A stretch of 26,669 nucleotides of DNA, from positions 1-26,669 of the IMG/VR virus record IMGVR_UViG_3300048080_000144. One strand, given 5' to 3'. The translations under genes were made by a program, and so were the position numbers. The notes beneath the pieces were generated by a model that was not told where the DNA came from, did not search any database, and saw only the letters and a list, made by a program, of their open reading frames with translations. This document shows, in pieces, positions 26,081-26,669 of this stretch; positions within the stretch are counted from its first letter, which is position 1, and the number at the start of each line of letters is the position of its first letter. This DNA comes from a virus. Lineage: Duplodnaviria; Caudoviricetes.

Positions 26081-26341
26081 ATGAACGACGCGCAACTGAG
26101 GGGCATGAGGGAATTGCACCGGGACGTGATGAGCGCGAATCCGGCCGCGGAAGGTGCGGCGGCGGCACGACTCGACGACGAGATCCGCGAGATCTGGGCT
26201 GCCGCGAACGATCTGATCGTCGCGGTCAAGAGCCAGAGCCGGCACTCGCTCGACTGCTGCGAGAACGGCCCGAACTGCATCCTTTGTGGTCTCGCTCGGC
26301 GGCTCGAACTGGCCCTCGCGGCGAAAGGCGGTGCCCTGTGA
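26081..26341 (+). CDS. Small hypothetical protein with a Cys cluster (86 aa)
   Basis: SD GAGGAGGGG before ATG 26081 (in-frame ATG 26036 is also possible). Motif HSLDCCENGPNCILC. Confidence 0.7.
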   Translation: MNDAQLRGMRELHRDVMSANPAAEGAAAARLDDEIREIWAAANDLIVAVKSQSRHSLDCCENGPNCILCGLARRLELALAAKGGAL

Positions 26342-26511
26342 GCGCCCCGAAGGTCGCTGCCCACTATCGCCGCCTCTTGGACGGCTCTGTCCGCGCCGTG
26401 ACGGTACACGCCAAAGTGCAGCACCACAACCGGATCGCCGTGAAGTCGTGCGGTGAATGTCGGTTCTGGACGGATCGGTCCCGCGAATACCGACTGGCCG
26501 GTGCCAAGTGA
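26338..26511 (+). CDS. Small hypothetical protein (57 aa)
   Basis: GTGA overlaps at both ends. Contains CGEC. Confidence 0.6.
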   Translation: MSAPKVAAHYRRLLDGSVRAVTVHAKVQHHNRIAVKSCGECRFWTDRSREYRLAGAK

Positions 26512-26669
26512 CCGCCCCGAAGGGAGACACGCCGAAGTTGGACGCCGCGCTGCCGGAGCGGATCGACGACATCAACGGAACCGTCTGGTTTGAGGAAACG
26601 ACCGACGGCGTTCGAATCATCCGCTACGATCATCCCCTCGCCGCGGAACTCGTCCACCGCTACAACGCG
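26508..26669 (+). CDS. Hypothetical protein, truncated by the window end
   Basis: GTGA-coupled. MTAPKGDTPKLDAALPERIDD...HRYNA is open to the end of the window. Confidence 0.55.
   Translation, partial: MTAPKGDTPKLDAALPERIDDINGTVWFEETTDGVRIIRYDHPLAAELVHRYNA

Overview
The window is the late (morphogenesis and lysis) region of a high-GC tailed phage or prophage with siphovirus gene order, all on the + strand and mostly translationally coupled. The order is: portal, MuF/SPP1-gp7 minor head protein, three small inserted genes, prohead protease with a nested scaffold start, decoration protein, Mu-gpT-like major capsid, head-tail joining proteins, major tail protein, tail chaperone with a -1 frameshift, a short tape measure, distal tail and tail tip. 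A lysis block follows, containing two lysozyme-fold candidates and an inserted endonuclease VII-type gene. The window ends with a terminator, a promoter overlapped by a palindrome, and small genes. The most unusual part is 19181-23163, the normal tail-fibre position. It holds five consecutive genes that all begin with Sec-like signal peptides; four carry alternating Thr-X tracts and the fifth has tail-fibre motifs. Export signals on apparent virion-appendage proteins do not fit ordinary cytoplasmic assembly. All family calls come from motif recall and gene order, not database searches. The host cannot be assigned, and no terminase or integrase lies in the window.
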